64,000 nt of DNA from an uncultured Gammaproteobacteria bacterium (GCA_964196225.1 CAXMSP010000009.1:13571-77570); one strand, 5' to 3'; shown: positions 9,799 to 20,579, numbered from the stretch's first letter. Translations and numbers: made by a program. The notes: generated by a model from the sequence alone, not told the origin.

Positions 9799-10095
9799 TC
9801 AGATAAATCCGTCCAGAAGTCTACCCATTAGCGGTGGATCCGAGGCTACACGCTGGTAGGTATCGATCGCTCGACGATTATCGGGATCGATCTGCAGGTT
9901 TAACTGGGGGCGATAACGCCGGTCATTGGCAACTGCTTCCAGCAGCTCACCGCGATAAACATAGGTCGACGGAGATTGTTTGCTGGCATCACTGAACTCG
10001 CTGGCGCTATCCGCAACCGGGGACACGGGACGCGTCTCCGGCCGGTCCGGATAAATCGGGAGTTGCATGGGTTTAGCTGTGATAATGTAATTCAC
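9799..10095 (-). CDS. hypothetical 98-aa protein
   Basis: ORF only, with a GTG start and no clear SD. No recognisable family. Confidence 0.35.
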   Translation of the reverse strand: MNYIITAKPMQLPIYPDRPETRPVSPVADSASEFSDASKQSPSTYVYRGELLEAVANDRRYRPQLNLQIDPDNRRAIDTYQRVASDPPLMGRLLDGFI

Positions 10096-10176
10096 GAATC
10101 ATACTCGCAGCGTGCGGTTTCAGTTAAATTGCACAAATTATAAGTAGCCAAGATGCCTGAATTCTGTCGATGTTGT

Positions 10177-10626
10177 TCAGTTATTCCACTTTTTTAGTGC
10201 AAATATGTCACTTTTTCTAGATTTTACCCACTTTGAACCTTGGGCGCTAACCTCTTTTTTCCAGAAAGGTGCGTCCGTTTTAAGGTAATCCATGATGAAT
10301 TCACAGGCATCGAAAGCGTCCGCACGGTGCGCGCTCAGTACCGATACCAGCACGATTTGATCGGACGGCCTGAGCGCGCCGACACGGTGGATAATCGCTA
10401 CATCGGCAATTTCCCAGCGTTCCTGGGCCTTCGCAACGATGTTCTGCAATGCCTTTTCAGTCATTCCCGGGTAATGTTCAAGCGTCATTTGCTGCAAGGG
10501 ATCGTCTTTAAGATCACGTACCAGCCCGATAAAACTCGCAATCGCACCCACATCGCTGCGTCCTGCGAGTAATTCCCGGTTGATTGCCGCGATGTCGAAA
10601 TCTTCATTCTGGATTCGAATTATCAT
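10177..10626 (-). CDS. moaE: molybdopterin synthase catalytic subunit
   Basis: 149 aa with MoaE-like blocks (GAIASFIGLVRD, TLEHYPGM). Starts 8 nt downstream of moeA. Confidence 0.9.
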   Translation of the reverse strand: MIIRIQNEDFDIAAINRELLAGRSDVGAIASFIGLVRDLKDDPLQQMTLEHYPGMTEKALQNIVAKAQERWEIADVAIIHRVGALRPSDQIVLVSVLSAHRADAFDACEFIMDYLKTDAPFWKKEVSAQGSKWVKSRKSDIFALKKWNN

Positions 10627-10634
10627 CGTTTACC

Positions 10635-11879
10635 TCAACTGAAAAACTGTGCGAACGGCACGTAATTTACGGGCTCTCCTGCCTGCACCGTTTGATTCTC
10701 GGCGATTTCGACGAAGCCGTCAGCCCAGACTGTCGAGGTCAGAACGCCAGAATCCTGGTTTGGGTAAATCTGTGCCACGGTTTGACCGTTGGTATTGAGG
10801 GCAAGCCGGGCACGCAGGAACTCACGTCGACTATCCGGTTTTGGCCAGTCAAAATCGGCGCTTACCGGTAGCGAAATCGGTTCATGCCAGGTCCGGCCCT
10901 GCATAATCTGGATCACCGGGCAAACGAAAAGGCAAAAGGTCGCAAACACCGACACCGGGTTACCGGGTAAGCCGATGAACGCGGTCTCATTAATTTGCCC
11001 GTAAGCAAGCGGTTTTCCCGGCTTGATCGCGAGACGCCACAGACGTAGTTCTCCGAGCTGTTCGATCGCGATACGCACGTAGTCTTCTTCACCCACCGAT
11101 ACTCCACCGGTGGTTACCACCAGATCCGCCTGGGTTGAGGCTCGTTCCATGGCCTCGCTGGTCGCTTCCAGCGTGTCTCCGACCAGCCCCAGGTCGATAA
11201 TTTCGCAACCCATGGATTCGAGCAAGCCATGCAGGGTATAGCGATTTGAATCATATATTTTACCGGCACCAAGCTTTTGTCCCGGTTCTACCAGCTCATC
11301 GCCGGTAAAGAACATGCCTACCTTGAGCAGCTCATAAACCGGCAGGGTTTGCAGCCCAACCGATGCCGCAAGCCCTATATCCTGTGCCCTCAGGCGGCAG
11401 CCCTTGTGTAAAATTATGGTGTCGCGCCGGATATCGTTGCCGGCCGGTCGAATGTTATTGCCACTCGTCGGTCGTGAGTCGAAACGAATTCCATGATCAT
11501 CCGCATCGACCTGCTCCTGCATGATGACGGCATCGGCACCGTCGGGGATCGGCGCGCCGGTGAATATTCGTGCAGCCGTTCCTGTAGCCAGCGCCACGCC
11601 AGCGTTACCAGCGGCAATACGCTGCGACAGCGGTAAGGCGGTTTCTCCGCTCGCGGCAAGATCGGCGGTATTGATCGCGTACCCATCCATCGACGACATC
11701 GCGCAGCCTGGCACATCGATTCCGGATTCGATTGACTCGGCCAGAACCGCACCCCGGGTCTGAAGCAACGGTTTATCGACAACCTTGCCAACCGCCGCTA
11801 CGCTGCTGGTCAACTGCTCAAGCGCTTCGTGGTATGCCAACAGCGGTGATGTGTCACAACGATTCATGTCAGTACTCAT
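10635..11879 (-). CDS. moeA: molybdopterin molybdenumtransferase
   Basis: 414 aa with MoeA domains (SMDGYA, TTGGVSVGEEDY, PGNPVS). Confidence 0.93.
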   Translation of the reverse strand: MSTDMNRCDTSPLLAYHEALEQLTSSVAAVGKVVDKPLLQTRGAVLAESIESGIDVPGCAMSSMDGYAINTADLAASGETALPLSQRIAAGNAGVALATGTAARIFTGAPIPDGADAVIMQEQVDADDHGIRFDSRPTSGNNIRPAGNDIRRDTIILHKGCRLRAQDIGLAASVGLQTLPVYELLKVGMFFTGDELVEPGQKLGAGKIYDSNRYTLHGLLESMGCEIIDLGLVGDTLEATSEAMERASTQADLVVTTGGVSVGEEDYVRIAIEQLGELRLWRLAIKPGKPLAYGQINETAFIGLPGNPVSVFATFCLFVCPVIQIMQGRTWHEPISLPVSADFDWPKPDSRREFLRARLALNTNGQTVAQIYPNQDSGVLTSTVWADGFVEIAENQTVQAGEPVNYVPFAQFFS

Positions 11880-13684
11880 TAGCTTAAACAGCCCATGGTA
11901 TGCAGCCGCGCTTCATCAGACAAAGGGACCGCGGGCTGCTGCTTAAATTCCCCACGACTCTCGACAAACTTTGGAAGCATAGCGCTAAAAGCCGCCATTG
12001 CAGCTTCATCATCCAGTACGCGCTTAATCATATCAGGATCGATCCAGCTCATCTTCCCGGATTCCATGCAGGCATATATCTGCCCGCAGGTACGGTCGAC
12101 AAAGTTTATTCTGGGTATCTGCCGGGCGCATTTTACCAGGAACCCCACATTTAAAGCGGGATCCATCTCTTCACTGGGCGGGTAGACATCTGCAGGATCA
12201 TGGGCATCAATATTAATTTTCGTGTAGCGCTCGATATCGAACATGCATTTGAAATCCAGGATATTCAATTCGCCGTTAACACCAAAGGCAATGGTTCGCG
12301 GTTTATCGCCCTGGGCAACGCTATTATCCAGAAACTCGTAATACACAATTTTGTCCTTGCGCAATGCCCAGGTAAAGAACAGCGCCGGGATACCTTTGAA
12401 GGCTTCAACGTTGTGATCGAGCAAATCGTCGACGGCTTTAAAGCGCCCAACCTGAAGGCCGCGAATCCAGGCGCGTTCAACCGTTGCCTCCGGGGGCGTG
12501 ACCATAAACGTCAGGTAGACAGTATGGCCAAAGCGGGTCAGTAAATTACTGCCCTCCTCGGTGTCTTTACCCGGGGCAAAACTGTCAAATCGAAAGCGAT
12601 CGATAAGCAGGTGAGAAATCCGTCCCTGCTCCGCTTTTTGCGCGATGTAGCGATCGAGTTTTTGATCGACGATCGGAATTTCATCGCCAACAAGAGTGCC
12701 TGCATATTTATAGGCCGCGCCCAGGGCGTCATAGTCCAGCAGAAACTTTCGCCAGATATCGGGACTTATCAACGCAAAATCATGCCAGTTAATACCCAAT
12801 TTTTCGGTATGCTTTTTCTGCAGTGGACGCATCGTGCTCTTGCCCGATGCCGAAGCGCCCTTGACGTTGATGACGATGGGTTCGGCCTGGGCTGGAAGAA
12901 TCGGAAATCCCTCGCGGGCCGCTGCCTGCACAACCATTGGTGCAATCGCCTCACCGATTATTTCACTACCATAGTTATTGCAAACCAGTCCGGTGGCCAG
13001 CGTCGTCAACAGGGCCTTATCCCCTCTTAATCGACCATGTTTAGCCACTATTGCGCGCGCGACCTTGACAAGTTCACTAAATATCGCGCTTAGCAATCGA
13101 TCGTTCGATGATTTTGCTTTTTCATCCCAACTGGAAACAACTCGCTGATCGCGTTGTTCGGCGGATTCTGACGTGACCGAGGTTTTCTTTTTCGTGCCAG
13201 ATCCAAGCAACCGTGACAGGCTAAACCCCGCGCGACGTTTTTCGGTGGGCGCTGATTGCGCAAAAATGCTGGTGCTTAACTCCTGCTCAATAATTGATCG
13301 CGCCTGCTGCGTCAATGCCACGTGAAGATCACAGATTGTGGCCATTTCGGGTTCGATGTACCCAGATAAAATTCGACCGACCACGTTTCTGAAATTAATC
13401 CCAAGATCTTCATAGCGGATTCCGTCGGAGACGAAGATATCGGCAGAAATTCGGATCAGTAACTCGTGTATCACAAGTCTTTCGGGCCGAAAAAAAACAA
13501 GTTGCTGGATCGCGAGACCGGTAAAATCGCTGAGTTCGGTGGCAGTTTCGATACTGGAGAACACGTTCTCTGTTTGAAACATGCTTGAGAGCGGCAGGTA
13601 CTCTGATGGCAGGGTTGATTTTATGCCGGGATGCCAGGCGTCAGTGTTTGGATCATCCGATTTCATTGTGGTCATCTCCCACAA
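11879..13684 (-). CDS. P-loop NTPase/kinase-like (zeta-toxin/AAA_33-like) domain protein with an unknown 280-aa N-terminal region
   Basis: 601-aa ORF with Walker A VKGASASGKST and a hydrophobic-D block HLLIDRF. Its TAA stop overlaps the moeA ATG by 1 nt (TAATG). The likely true start is the ATG at 13666, with gggag 9 nt upstream. Confidence 0.7.
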   Translation of the reverse strand: MWEMTTMKSDDPNTDAWHPGIKSTLPSEYLPLSSMFQTENVFSSIETATELSDFTGLAIQQLVFFRPERLVIHELLIRISADIFVSDGIRYEDLGINFRNVVGRILSGYIEPEMATICDLHVALTQQARSIIEQELSTSIFAQSAPTEKRRAGFSLSRLLGSGTKKKTSVTSESAEQRDQRVVSSWDEKAKSSNDRLLSAIFSELVKVARAIVAKHGRLRGDKALLTTLATGLVCNNYGSEIIGEAIAPMVVQAAAREGFPILPAQAEPIVINVKGASASGKSTMRPLQKKHTEKLGINWHDFALISPDIWRKFLLDYDALGAAYKYAGTLVGDEIPIVDQKLDRYIAQKAEQGRISHLLIDRFRFDSFAPGKDTEEGSNLLTRFGHTVYLTFMVTPPEATVERAWIRGLQVGRFKAVDDLLDHNVEAFKGIPALFFTWALRKDKIVYYEFLDNSVAQGDKPRTIAFGVNGELNILDFKCMFDIERYTKINIDAHDPADVYPPSEEMDPALNVGFLVKCARQIPRINFVDRTCGQIYACMESGKMSWIDPDMIKRVLDDEAAMAAFSAMLPKFVESRGEFKQQPAVPLSDEARLHTMGCLS

Positions 13685-13735
13685 CCCCGCCTGTCCCGAG
13701 CATCAGTTCTCATTCTGTTATGGCGGGACCCCTTT

Positions 13736-15829
13736 TTACCCCACATCGGTATAATCCTGGCGCTCACCAATCCAGTTGCGCAACAGTTCGGTACGTACCT
13801 GGACGTTTTCGGGCAGTTGCATCAATTTTGCCAGCACTTCAACCTGTGGGAACCATTTCTGATCGCGCATCAGGTCGGCTATTTTAAAGCTCATTTCGCC
13901 GGTTTGACGAGTTCCCAGCACCTCTCCTGCGCCGCGAAGCTCAAGGTCCTTCTCAGCGATCGCAAATCCATCCTGGGTGCTGCGTATGATTTCAAGTCGC
14001 GTCCGCGCTAACTCAGAAAGGCTGCTCTTGACCAGTAAGATACAGAAGCTTTCGCGCGCTCCACGCCCGACACGTCCACGTAACTGGTGAATTTGCGCCA
14101 GACCCAGGCGTTCCGGGTTTTCGATAATCATGATGCTGGCATTGGGCACATCAACGCCAACCTCTATTACCGTGGTCGCGACCAGTATATTGATATCCCC
14201 GTTTTTAAAACCGTTGATCGTGGCTTCTTTTATGGCCGATTTCATGCGCCCGTGCACCAGTCCGATCGACAACTGGGGGAGCTGTTGGCAAAGGGTTTCA
14301 TAGGTTATCTCCGCCGCCTCGTATTGCAGGGCGTCTGATTCTTCGATCAAGGTGCAAACCCAGTAAACCTGGCCGCCCTCGGCGCAGGAACTGGCAACCC
14401 GCTTAATCAGGCTATCACGCTGTTGCTCGGCGATAATCGAAGTGGTCACCGGTTTGCGTCCAGGCGGCAATTCATCAATCTGGGAGTAATCGAGATCGGC
14501 GTATATCGACATCGCCAAGGTGCGCGGTATCGGAGTCGCGGTCATGATCAACTGATGGGCCATCTCGTCACCGCGGGTCTTGCGCTGCAACGCGAGTCGT
14601 TGATCGACGCCGAAGCGATGTTGTTCGTCGAAAATAATGAAACCGAGGCGCTTAAACTCGACGCTGGCCTGGAACAGGGCATGCGTCCCGACCACGACCT
14701 GTGCTTCCCCGGAAGCGATTAAAGCCAGCTTTTGTTCGCGTTTTTTACCCTTGTCAGCGCCGAGCAGGTTTAATACTTTCAGACCTAAGGGTGCCAGCCA
14801 GTGGTCAAAATTCTGAAGGTGTTGCTCGGCAAGAATTTCGGTAGGTGCCATCAACACGGCCTGGTAACCCGATTCAACAACCGGTAAACAGGCGAGCGCC
14901 GCAACCACAGTTTTACCTGAGCCGACATCACCCTGCACCAGTCGAATCATCGGTTTGCCGGCGCTAAAATCCTGCATAAGTTCAGCCAGCACGCGTTTTT
15001 GAGCGCCTGTTAACTCGAACGGCAACGCCTGCTTCAACCGCTGCTGCAGCTTTTCATCTGGCTGGATCGCGGGTGTTTTCCTGCTACGGATCTGCCGGCG
15101 TCGCTCGAGTAAGGCCAGGCGATGCGCCGCAAGTTCTTCGACGATAAAACGGTTTTGCGCCGGATGTTTATGCTGCGCGATCAGCTCGCTATCGTGTCGA
15201 TTCTCGGGACAATGCAAATCGATCATTGCCGAGGTGAAGCCCGGAAAATTGTTCTTATCGAGCCAGACCTGCGGCAAAGTCTCGGCAATGCCTTCCGACT
15301 TAAGCTTCTCGATTGCCTGCTGCAGAATGCGCTTAATCGATATCTGGTGCAGTCCTTCGGTGGTCGGATAAATTGGGGTCAGTGTCTGTGATAGCGGTGA
15401 AGGATTATCGACATCGATGACCTCGGTTTCCGGGTGAATCATTTCCAGCTCACCCTGGGCCGATCTGACTTCACCGAAACAGCGCAACCAGTTCCCCTTC
15501 TCGAACTGTTTCTGCTGATTAGCGCTGAAATAGAAAAAACGGACCGTGACCATTCCGGTCGTGTCCGCAAGCCTGGCAGCAAGCACGCGCCGTGATCGAC
15601 CCTGCCGTCGGAAATGCACACTGGCGTGTAAGACCTCTGCTTCGATTTGACTGCGTCGGCCTGGCTGTAAAGAACCGATCGGTGACACAAAGGTGCGATC
15701 TTCGTAACGCAGCGGTAAATGAAACAGCAGATCACGCTGGGTTTTTATGCCCAGTTTGTGCAGCTTTTCCGCTACCTTGGGACCAACACCTTTAAGATAC
15801 CGTAATCCTTGAGCTGACCAATGCTCCAT
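13736..15829 (-). CDS. recG: ATP-dependent DNA helicase RecG
   Basis: 697 aa with a wedge domain plus SF2 helicase motifs (GDVGSGKT, DEQHRFG). Confidence 0.96.
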   Translation of the reverse strand: MEHWSAQGLRYLKGVGPKVAEKLHKLGIKTQRDLLFHLPLRYEDRTFVSPIGSLQPGRRSQIEAEVLHASVHFRRQGRSRRVLAARLADTTGMVTVRFFYFSANQQKQFEKGNWLRCFGEVRSAQGELEMIHPETEVIDVDNPSPLSQTLTPIYPTTEGLHQISIKRILQQAIEKLKSEGIAETLPQVWLDKNNFPGFTSAMIDLHCPENRHDSELIAQHKHPAQNRFIVEELAAHRLALLERRRQIRSRKTPAIQPDEKLQQRLKQALPFELTGAQKRVLAELMQDFSAGKPMIRLVQGDVGSGKTVVAALACLPVVESGYQAVLMAPTEILAEQHLQNFDHWLAPLGLKVLNLLGADKGKKREQKLALIASGEAQVVVGTHALFQASVEFKRLGFIIFDEQHRFGVDQRLALQRKTRGDEMAHQLIMTATPIPRTLAMSIYADLDYSQIDELPPGRKPVTTSIIAEQQRDSLIKRVASSCAEGGQVYWVCTLIEESDALQYEAAEITYETLCQQLPQLSIGLVHGRMKSAIKEATINGFKNGDINILVATTVIEVGVDVPNASIMIIENPERLGLAQIHQLRGRVGRGARESFCILLVKSSLSELARTRLEIIRSTQDGFAIAEKDLELRGAGEVLGTRQTGEMSFKIADLMRDQKWFPQVEVLAKLMQLPENVQVRTELLRNWIGERQDYTDVG

Positions 15830-15836
15830 TCAATTA

Positions 15837-16220
15837 CTAGTCGATAACCAGCACCGCGTCCATCTCGACGCCGACCGCCTTGGGTAACGCGGCGACACCT
15901 ATCGCGGCACGGGCGGGATAAGGCTGCTGGAAATATTGCGCCATGATTTCGTTGACGGTCGGAAAGTTACCCAGGTCTGTGAGGTATATATTCAACTTGA
16001 CCACGTCGGCAAGACTGCCGCCTGAGGCACTGGCAACCGCCTGCAAGTTGTCGAAGACACGCGTGATTTCAGCTTCGATACCGCCACTGACGACTTCCAT
16101 GCTGGCCGGATCGAGTGGTATCTGACCCGAGATATACACCGTATTATCAACCTTGACCGCCTGTGAATAGGTGCCAATTGCCTGGGGTGCGTCGTCGGTT
16201 TGAATGATGGTTTTGGCCAT
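15837..16220 (-). CDS. ridA: RidA/YjgF-family reactive intermediate deaminase
   Basis: 127 aa with the YjgF/TdcF family signature ([23 protein letters not shown]). Confidence 0.92.
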   Translation of the reverse strand: MAKTIIQTDDAPQAIGTYSQAVKVDNTVYISGQIPLDPASMEVVSGGIEAEITRVFDNLQAVASASGGSLADVVKLNIYLTDLGNFPTVNEIMAQYFQQPYPARAAIGVAALPKAVGVEMDAVLVID

Positions 16221-16278
16221 GCTATGTCTCCAGCTTAGAAATTTTGGATTATGCGGGTATTAACCGCGCTGGCAATCA

Positions 16279-18444
16279 CTATCTACGCCAGATGCGGTTA
16301 ACGACCATTAAACTGCGCAGTTTTTTCATGATACGCGCCAGGTGGATACGGTCTTTAACGGTAACCACGAACTCGACGGTCGAAATGCGACCATCTTTTT
16401 CGGTCACGTTTACGTGCTCGATGTTGGATGACATGTTGGAGATCGTCGTCGCCAACGTTGCCAATACACCACGCTGATTCGCAACCTGCACCCGCATGTT
16501 GGCGAGATACTCGCCTTCAACATGTTCCGACCACTGCACTGACAGTTGCCTGTCGCCCTTGTTTAGCTCGGTCATATTGGGGCAACTGCGCTGGTGGATT
16601 ACGATGCCTTTGCCCGATGACATGAAGCCCGCGATCGCATCTCCCGGTACGGGTCGGCAACACTTGGCAAAGGATACAACCATGCCCTCGGTACCTTTGA
16701 TCGCCAGTGGCCTGCCCCGGTCATCGAAGGCGGTGGTATCTTCCTCGATGTCATACATCGCCTTCGCGACCAGGCTTGAATTACGATTACCCAGCCCGAT
16801 TTCAGCCAATAGTTCCTTCTGATCAGACATGTGGTATTGCTCAAGCACCTTTTTAAACCTGGCCTTAGGAATTGCAACATCGCGCCCCTTGATCAGACTG
16901 ACCGACTGCTGTAACAAACGCTGCCCGAGCGAAATCGCCTCGATCTTTTGTAACGACTTTAGAAAATGCCGAATATTGGTACGCGCCTTGGCCGTGGACA
17001 CGAAATCAAGCCAGCTCGGATGCGGACGACTGGCCTGCGAGGTAATAATCTCGACAGTCTGGCCATTGTATAACCTGCTGCTCAGCGGCGACATTTGATG
17101 GTCGATACGCGCGGCAACGCAGGTATTACCAACATCGGTATGCACCGCGTAGGCGAAATCGACAACGGTCGCACCCCGCGGTAACTTCTTGATCGCGCCC
17201 TTGGGCGTGAATACGTAAACTTCGTCAGGGAACAAATCGACCTTGACGCTTTCCAGAAACTCCTGCGAACTACCCGATTTCTGCTGCATCTCGAGCAGGC
17301 TCTTCAACCATTCGAGCGCGCGTCCCTGGGTGTTGCTGGCGTCACTCTCACCCTCCTTGTAAATCCAGTGCGCGGCAATCCCGGACTCGGCAAAGTGGTC
17401 CATCTCGACGGTCCGAATCTGTACCTCGATCGCAACCCCATGGGGTCCAAACAGGCTGCTGTGCAAAGACTGGTAGCCGTTTGTCTTCGGGATTGCGAGA
17501 TAGTCCTTGAACTTGCCCGGTAGCGGTTTGTAGAGATTGTGCATAACGCCGAGCACGCGGTAACAGTCATCCACCGATTCGGTCATGATACGAACTCCGA
17601 AGACGTCGGTGAGCTCTTTGAAGCTGAGCTTCTTCTCCTTCATCTTGCGATAGATACTGTGGATGTTCTTCTGTCGATACTTGACGGTGGCGTTGATATT
17701 CGATTCTTTGAGCCGTTGGCGAATTGCGGCCTCGATGGTGTTGAATATTTCCTTGCGATATCCAACCACTTCCTTACAGGCACTTTCGAGCGCCCGGTAG
17801 CGCATCGGGTAGGCCGCCTTGATCGACAGGTCGAGCAATTCATGGCGCATCTTGAAAATACCGAGCCGATTTGCGATCGGCGCGTATATATCCATGGTTT
17901 CGAAGGCAATCCGGCGACGCTTGTCGGGACGCATCGCGTCCAGCGTACGCATATTGTGCAGCCGGTCGGCGAGCTTGATAATGATGACGCGGATGTCCCT
18001 GACCATCGCCAGCATCATCTTGCGAAAATTTTCCGCCTGTGCCTCTGCCTTGTTGCGGAAGTCCATCTGTGCCAGCTTGCTGACTCCATCAACCAGTTCA
18101 GCAACTTCATCGCCAAACTGGTCAGCCAGGTTTTCCTTTAGCGTGGGCGTGTCCTCGATTACGTCATGCAGTATCGCGGCGATGATACTTTTACTGTCCA
18201 TGCGCATTTCGGCGAGAATGCGCGCCACCGCAACCGGATGACTGATGTAGGGTTCGCCCGATACCCGCCTCTGCCCCTCGTGTGCGGCAGCACCGACCAG
18301 GTAAGCACTATAAATTTCTTCGACCTGACCGGGCTCGAGGTAAGCTTCGAGTTCGGTACAAAGCTCGGAAATTCGGGTTTCGGAATCGCTGGCGGTAATA
18401 TCTCCGGCGACAACTTCAAACAGATTGGCGTAGTTCGCCCCCAT
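16279..18444 (-). CDS. spoT: bifunctional (p)ppGpp synthetase/hydrolase
   Basis: 721 aa with HD hydrolase (HDVIEDT), RelA/SpoT synthetase, TGS and ACT regions. Follows rpoZ as in gmk-rpoZ-spoT-recG clusters. Confidence 0.95.
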   Translation of the reverse strand: MGANYANLFEVVAGDITASDSETRISELCTELEAYLEPGQVEEIYSAYLVGAAAHEGQRRVSGEPYISHPVAVARILAEMRMDSKSIIAAILHDVIEDTPTLKENLADQFGDEVAELVDGVSKLAQMDFRNKAEAQAENFRKMMLAMVRDIRVIIIKLADRLHNMRTLDAMRPDKRRRIAFETMDIYAPIANRLGIFKMRHELLDLSIKAAYPMRYRALESACKEVVGYRKEIFNTIEAAIRQRLKESNINATVKYRQKNIHSIYRKMKEKKLSFKELTDVFGVRIMTESVDDCYRVLGVMHNLYKPLPGKFKDYLAIPKTNGYQSLHSSLFGPHGVAIEVQIRTVEMDHFAESGIAAHWIYKEGESDASNTQGRALEWLKSLLEMQQKSGSSQEFLESVKVDLFPDEVYVFTPKGAIKKLPRGATVVDFAYAVHTDVGNTCVAARIDHQMSPLSSRLYNGQTVEIITSQASRPHPSWLDFVSTAKARTNIRHFLKSLQKIEAISLGQRLLQQSVSLIKGRDVAIPKARFKKVLEQYHMSDQKELLAEIGLGNRNSSLVAKAMYDIEEDTTAFDDRGRPLAIKGTEGMVVSFAKCCRPVPGDAIAGFMSSGKGIVIHQRSCPNMTELNKGDRQLSVQWSEHVEGEYLANMRVQVANQRGVLATLATTISNMSSNIEHVNVTEKDGRISTVEFVVTVKDRIHLARIMKKLRSLMVVNRIWRR

Positions 18445-18575
18445 TACACTTCTATATAGACCTCTTGAAGTAACGATAATGGGGTTTTATAACACATTTG
18501 CAAGGCGTTAGCCCGCGCCGTGCACGCTGCTAGTTTGGCCTGCTGTGGGAGATTAAAGTGATTAAAAAGAAACGC

Positions 18576-18866
18576 TTACTCGGTTTCTTCGTGAATCAGA
18601 CTGGCCTGCGCGATTTGTCGAATCAGGTCATCATCGGTAGAGATCTTTTCGATTTCAGCCTTGGTTTCCATTTCGTCCATCGACGACGTGTTGATCAGAT
18701 TTTCGGCTATTTCACGTAAGGCAATAACGGTGGGTTTATCGTTCTCGGGCGGTACCAGGGGATCGGCACCTTGTGAAATTTGACGCGCACGCCGCGACGC
18801 CAGCAATACCAGGTCAAAACGATTTTCTACGTGCTCGAGACAGTCTTCAACGGTGATTCGCGCCAT
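18576..18866 (-). CDS. rpoZ: DNA-directed RNA polymerase subunit omega
   Basis: 96 aa starting MARITVEDC...[15 protein letters not shown]. Confidence 0.95.
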   Translation of the reverse strand: MARITVEDCLEHVENRFDLVLLASRRARQISQGADPLVPPENDKPTVIALREIAENLINTSSMDEMETKAEIEKISTDDDLIRQIAQASLIHEETE

Positions 18867-18946
18867 GCGATTAGCTCTCGGATCAAAAAGGTCGGCAATG
18901 ATAGCTAAAAAAGCAATAAATCTAAAGCGTTAATCACGAAAAAAAA

Positions 18947-19573
18947 CTATTCCATTTCAGGGGGTATTGAGTCCACAAGTGCCTTGTTCTTGAGCTTTTG
19001 TCGTATCAGTGTCAGGCCCTGGGTATGAATGATCGCATCGAGATCGAATAATGCCTGTTCGAAAGCATCGTTAATCACCAGGTACTCGGCGTCATGGTAG
19101 TGAGACATTTCGCGATCGGCATCCCGCATGCGTCGCGCAATCGTCAACTCATTATCGGTACCCCGATCCCGTAAACGTCGCTCGAGTTCCTCGCGCGACG
19201 GCGGCAGGATAAATATGCTGACCGTTTCCGGCATTTTCGCCTTGACCTGGCGGGCACCCTGCCAGTCTATTTCGAGGATGACGTGCTTGCCACTGGCCAG
19301 CAGCGCGTCGACCGAAGCGCGCGCGGTACCATAGCAATTATCGAAAACCCGGGCGTGCTCGAGAAATTCGTCATCATCGACCATTTTGTCGAACACCTCG
19401 AGCGACACGAAGTGATAGGCTTCGCCGTCAACTTCGCCAGGTCGAATCGCCCGCGTTGAATGCGACACACACACCACTACAGATTCGGCACGCCGCTCGA
19501 GCAGCGCTTTAACCAAACTGGTTTTGCCAGCACCCGAGGGTGCCGAAATCGTAAACAGGCAGGCAGTATTCAA
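18947..19573 (-). CDS. gmk: guanylate kinase
   Basis: P-loop SAPSGAGKTSL and Gmk core. The ORF is open up to 19672, but the extension has no homology-like content. A TTG at 19573 gives a typical ~208-aa Gmk. The start is uncertain. Confidence 0.88.
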   Translation of the reverse strand: MNTACLFTISAPSGAGKTSLVKALLERRAESVVVCVSHSTRAIRPGEVDGEAYHFVSLEVFDKMVDDDEFLEHARVFDNCYGTARASVDALLASGKHVILEIDWQGARQVKAKMPETVSIFILPPSREELERRLRDRGTDNELTIARRMRDADREMSHYHDAEYLVINDAFEQALFDLDAIIHTQGLTLIRQKLKNKALVDSIPPEME

Positions 19574-19675
19574 TGAAAGTCCGGGCTTAGTCCGCTCCAG
19601 GTCGCGGCGTCCTATTGTAATGACAGATGCACTATAGACCAATACACTGCCGGCACTAAAGTTTAAAATCACTAA

Positions 19676-20494
19676 ATGTTAAGCGAAGATTATTTACAGC
19701 GTTTTGCTGGCCTGGCACGTGTGTTTGGCGAAGCCGCGTTGGCACCCCTGCAGCAGGCGCATTTTTGCATCGTCGGTATCGGCGGAGTCGGTTCCTGGGC
19801 CGCCGAAGCTTGCGCGCGCTCGGGTATTGGAAACATCACGCTGATCGATCACGACGACATCGATATCAGTAATAGCAATCGACAATTGCACACGCTCTGC
19901 GACAGCATCGGACGCTCCAAGGTCGAGGTATTGCGTGAACGCATTCTTGCGATTAATCCGGAATGCCGCTGCATCGCCGTCGATGACCTGGTGACCCGGA
20001 GCAATATTGAAAGGTTCAATTTCGCGCAGTTCGATTATGTCATCGACGCAATCGACCATGTCAGCCACAAGTTAAGCCTGATGCATCATTGTCGCCGTAA
20101 CAAGATCCGTTGCATCTCCACCGGTGGCGCCGGCGGCCTGATCGACCCAACCCAGATCGTGGTCATGGATTTAACCTTGAGTTTCAACGATCCCTTGCTC
20201 GCCAAGGTACGTTCGACCTTGCGCCAGCAACTCGAATATAGTCGCAACCCGAAGCGACGTTACGCGATGGATTGCGTATTTTCGACCGAGCAACCGCTAT
20301 ACCCCGCTGCAAACGGTGAGGTCAGTTACGAGAAGCCCGAAGTACCAGAACGCACCACGCTCGACTGCGCCACCGGGATTGGCTCCTTTGTCGGCGTCAC
20401 CGCCTGCTTCGGCTTCACCGCGGCTGCCCACGCCATCAGAAAACACCTCAAATCACAAATAGACGTGTCATTCCCACAAAAAAGGAAATGCTGA
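19676..20494 (+). CDS. tcdA: tRNA threonylcarbamoyladenosine dehydratase (ThiF/E1-like)
   Basis: 272 aa with VGIGGVGSWAAEACARSGIG...NRQLH, typical of TcdA/CsdL. Confidence 0.85.
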   Translation: MLSEDYLQRFAGLARVFGEAALAPLQQAHFCIVGIGGVGSWAAEACARSGIGNITLIDHDDIDISNSNRQLHTLCDSIGRSKVEVLRERILAINPECRCIAVDDLVTRSNIERFNFAQFDYVIDAIDHVSHKLSLMHHCRRNKIRCISTGGAGGLIDPTQIVVMDLTLSFNDPLLAKVRSTLRQQLEYSRNPKRRYAMDCVFSTEQPLYPAANGEVSYEKPEVPERTTLDCATGIGSFVGVTACFGFTAAAHAIRKHLKSQIDVSFPQKRKC

Positions 20495-20579
20495 CAACAT
20501 GCTTCTTGCCTGCTAGCTAGCGTCCAGGCGTCAGTGGTAGTCCAGGTTACCGGTCGTTGTTTCGGTTAGCTAAGTAGCC

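Noticed and set aside
17539-18241. 200-aa and 140-aa plus-strand ORFs inside spoT
   Set aside because: They are antisense shadows of a highly conserved gene, with no independent start signals.
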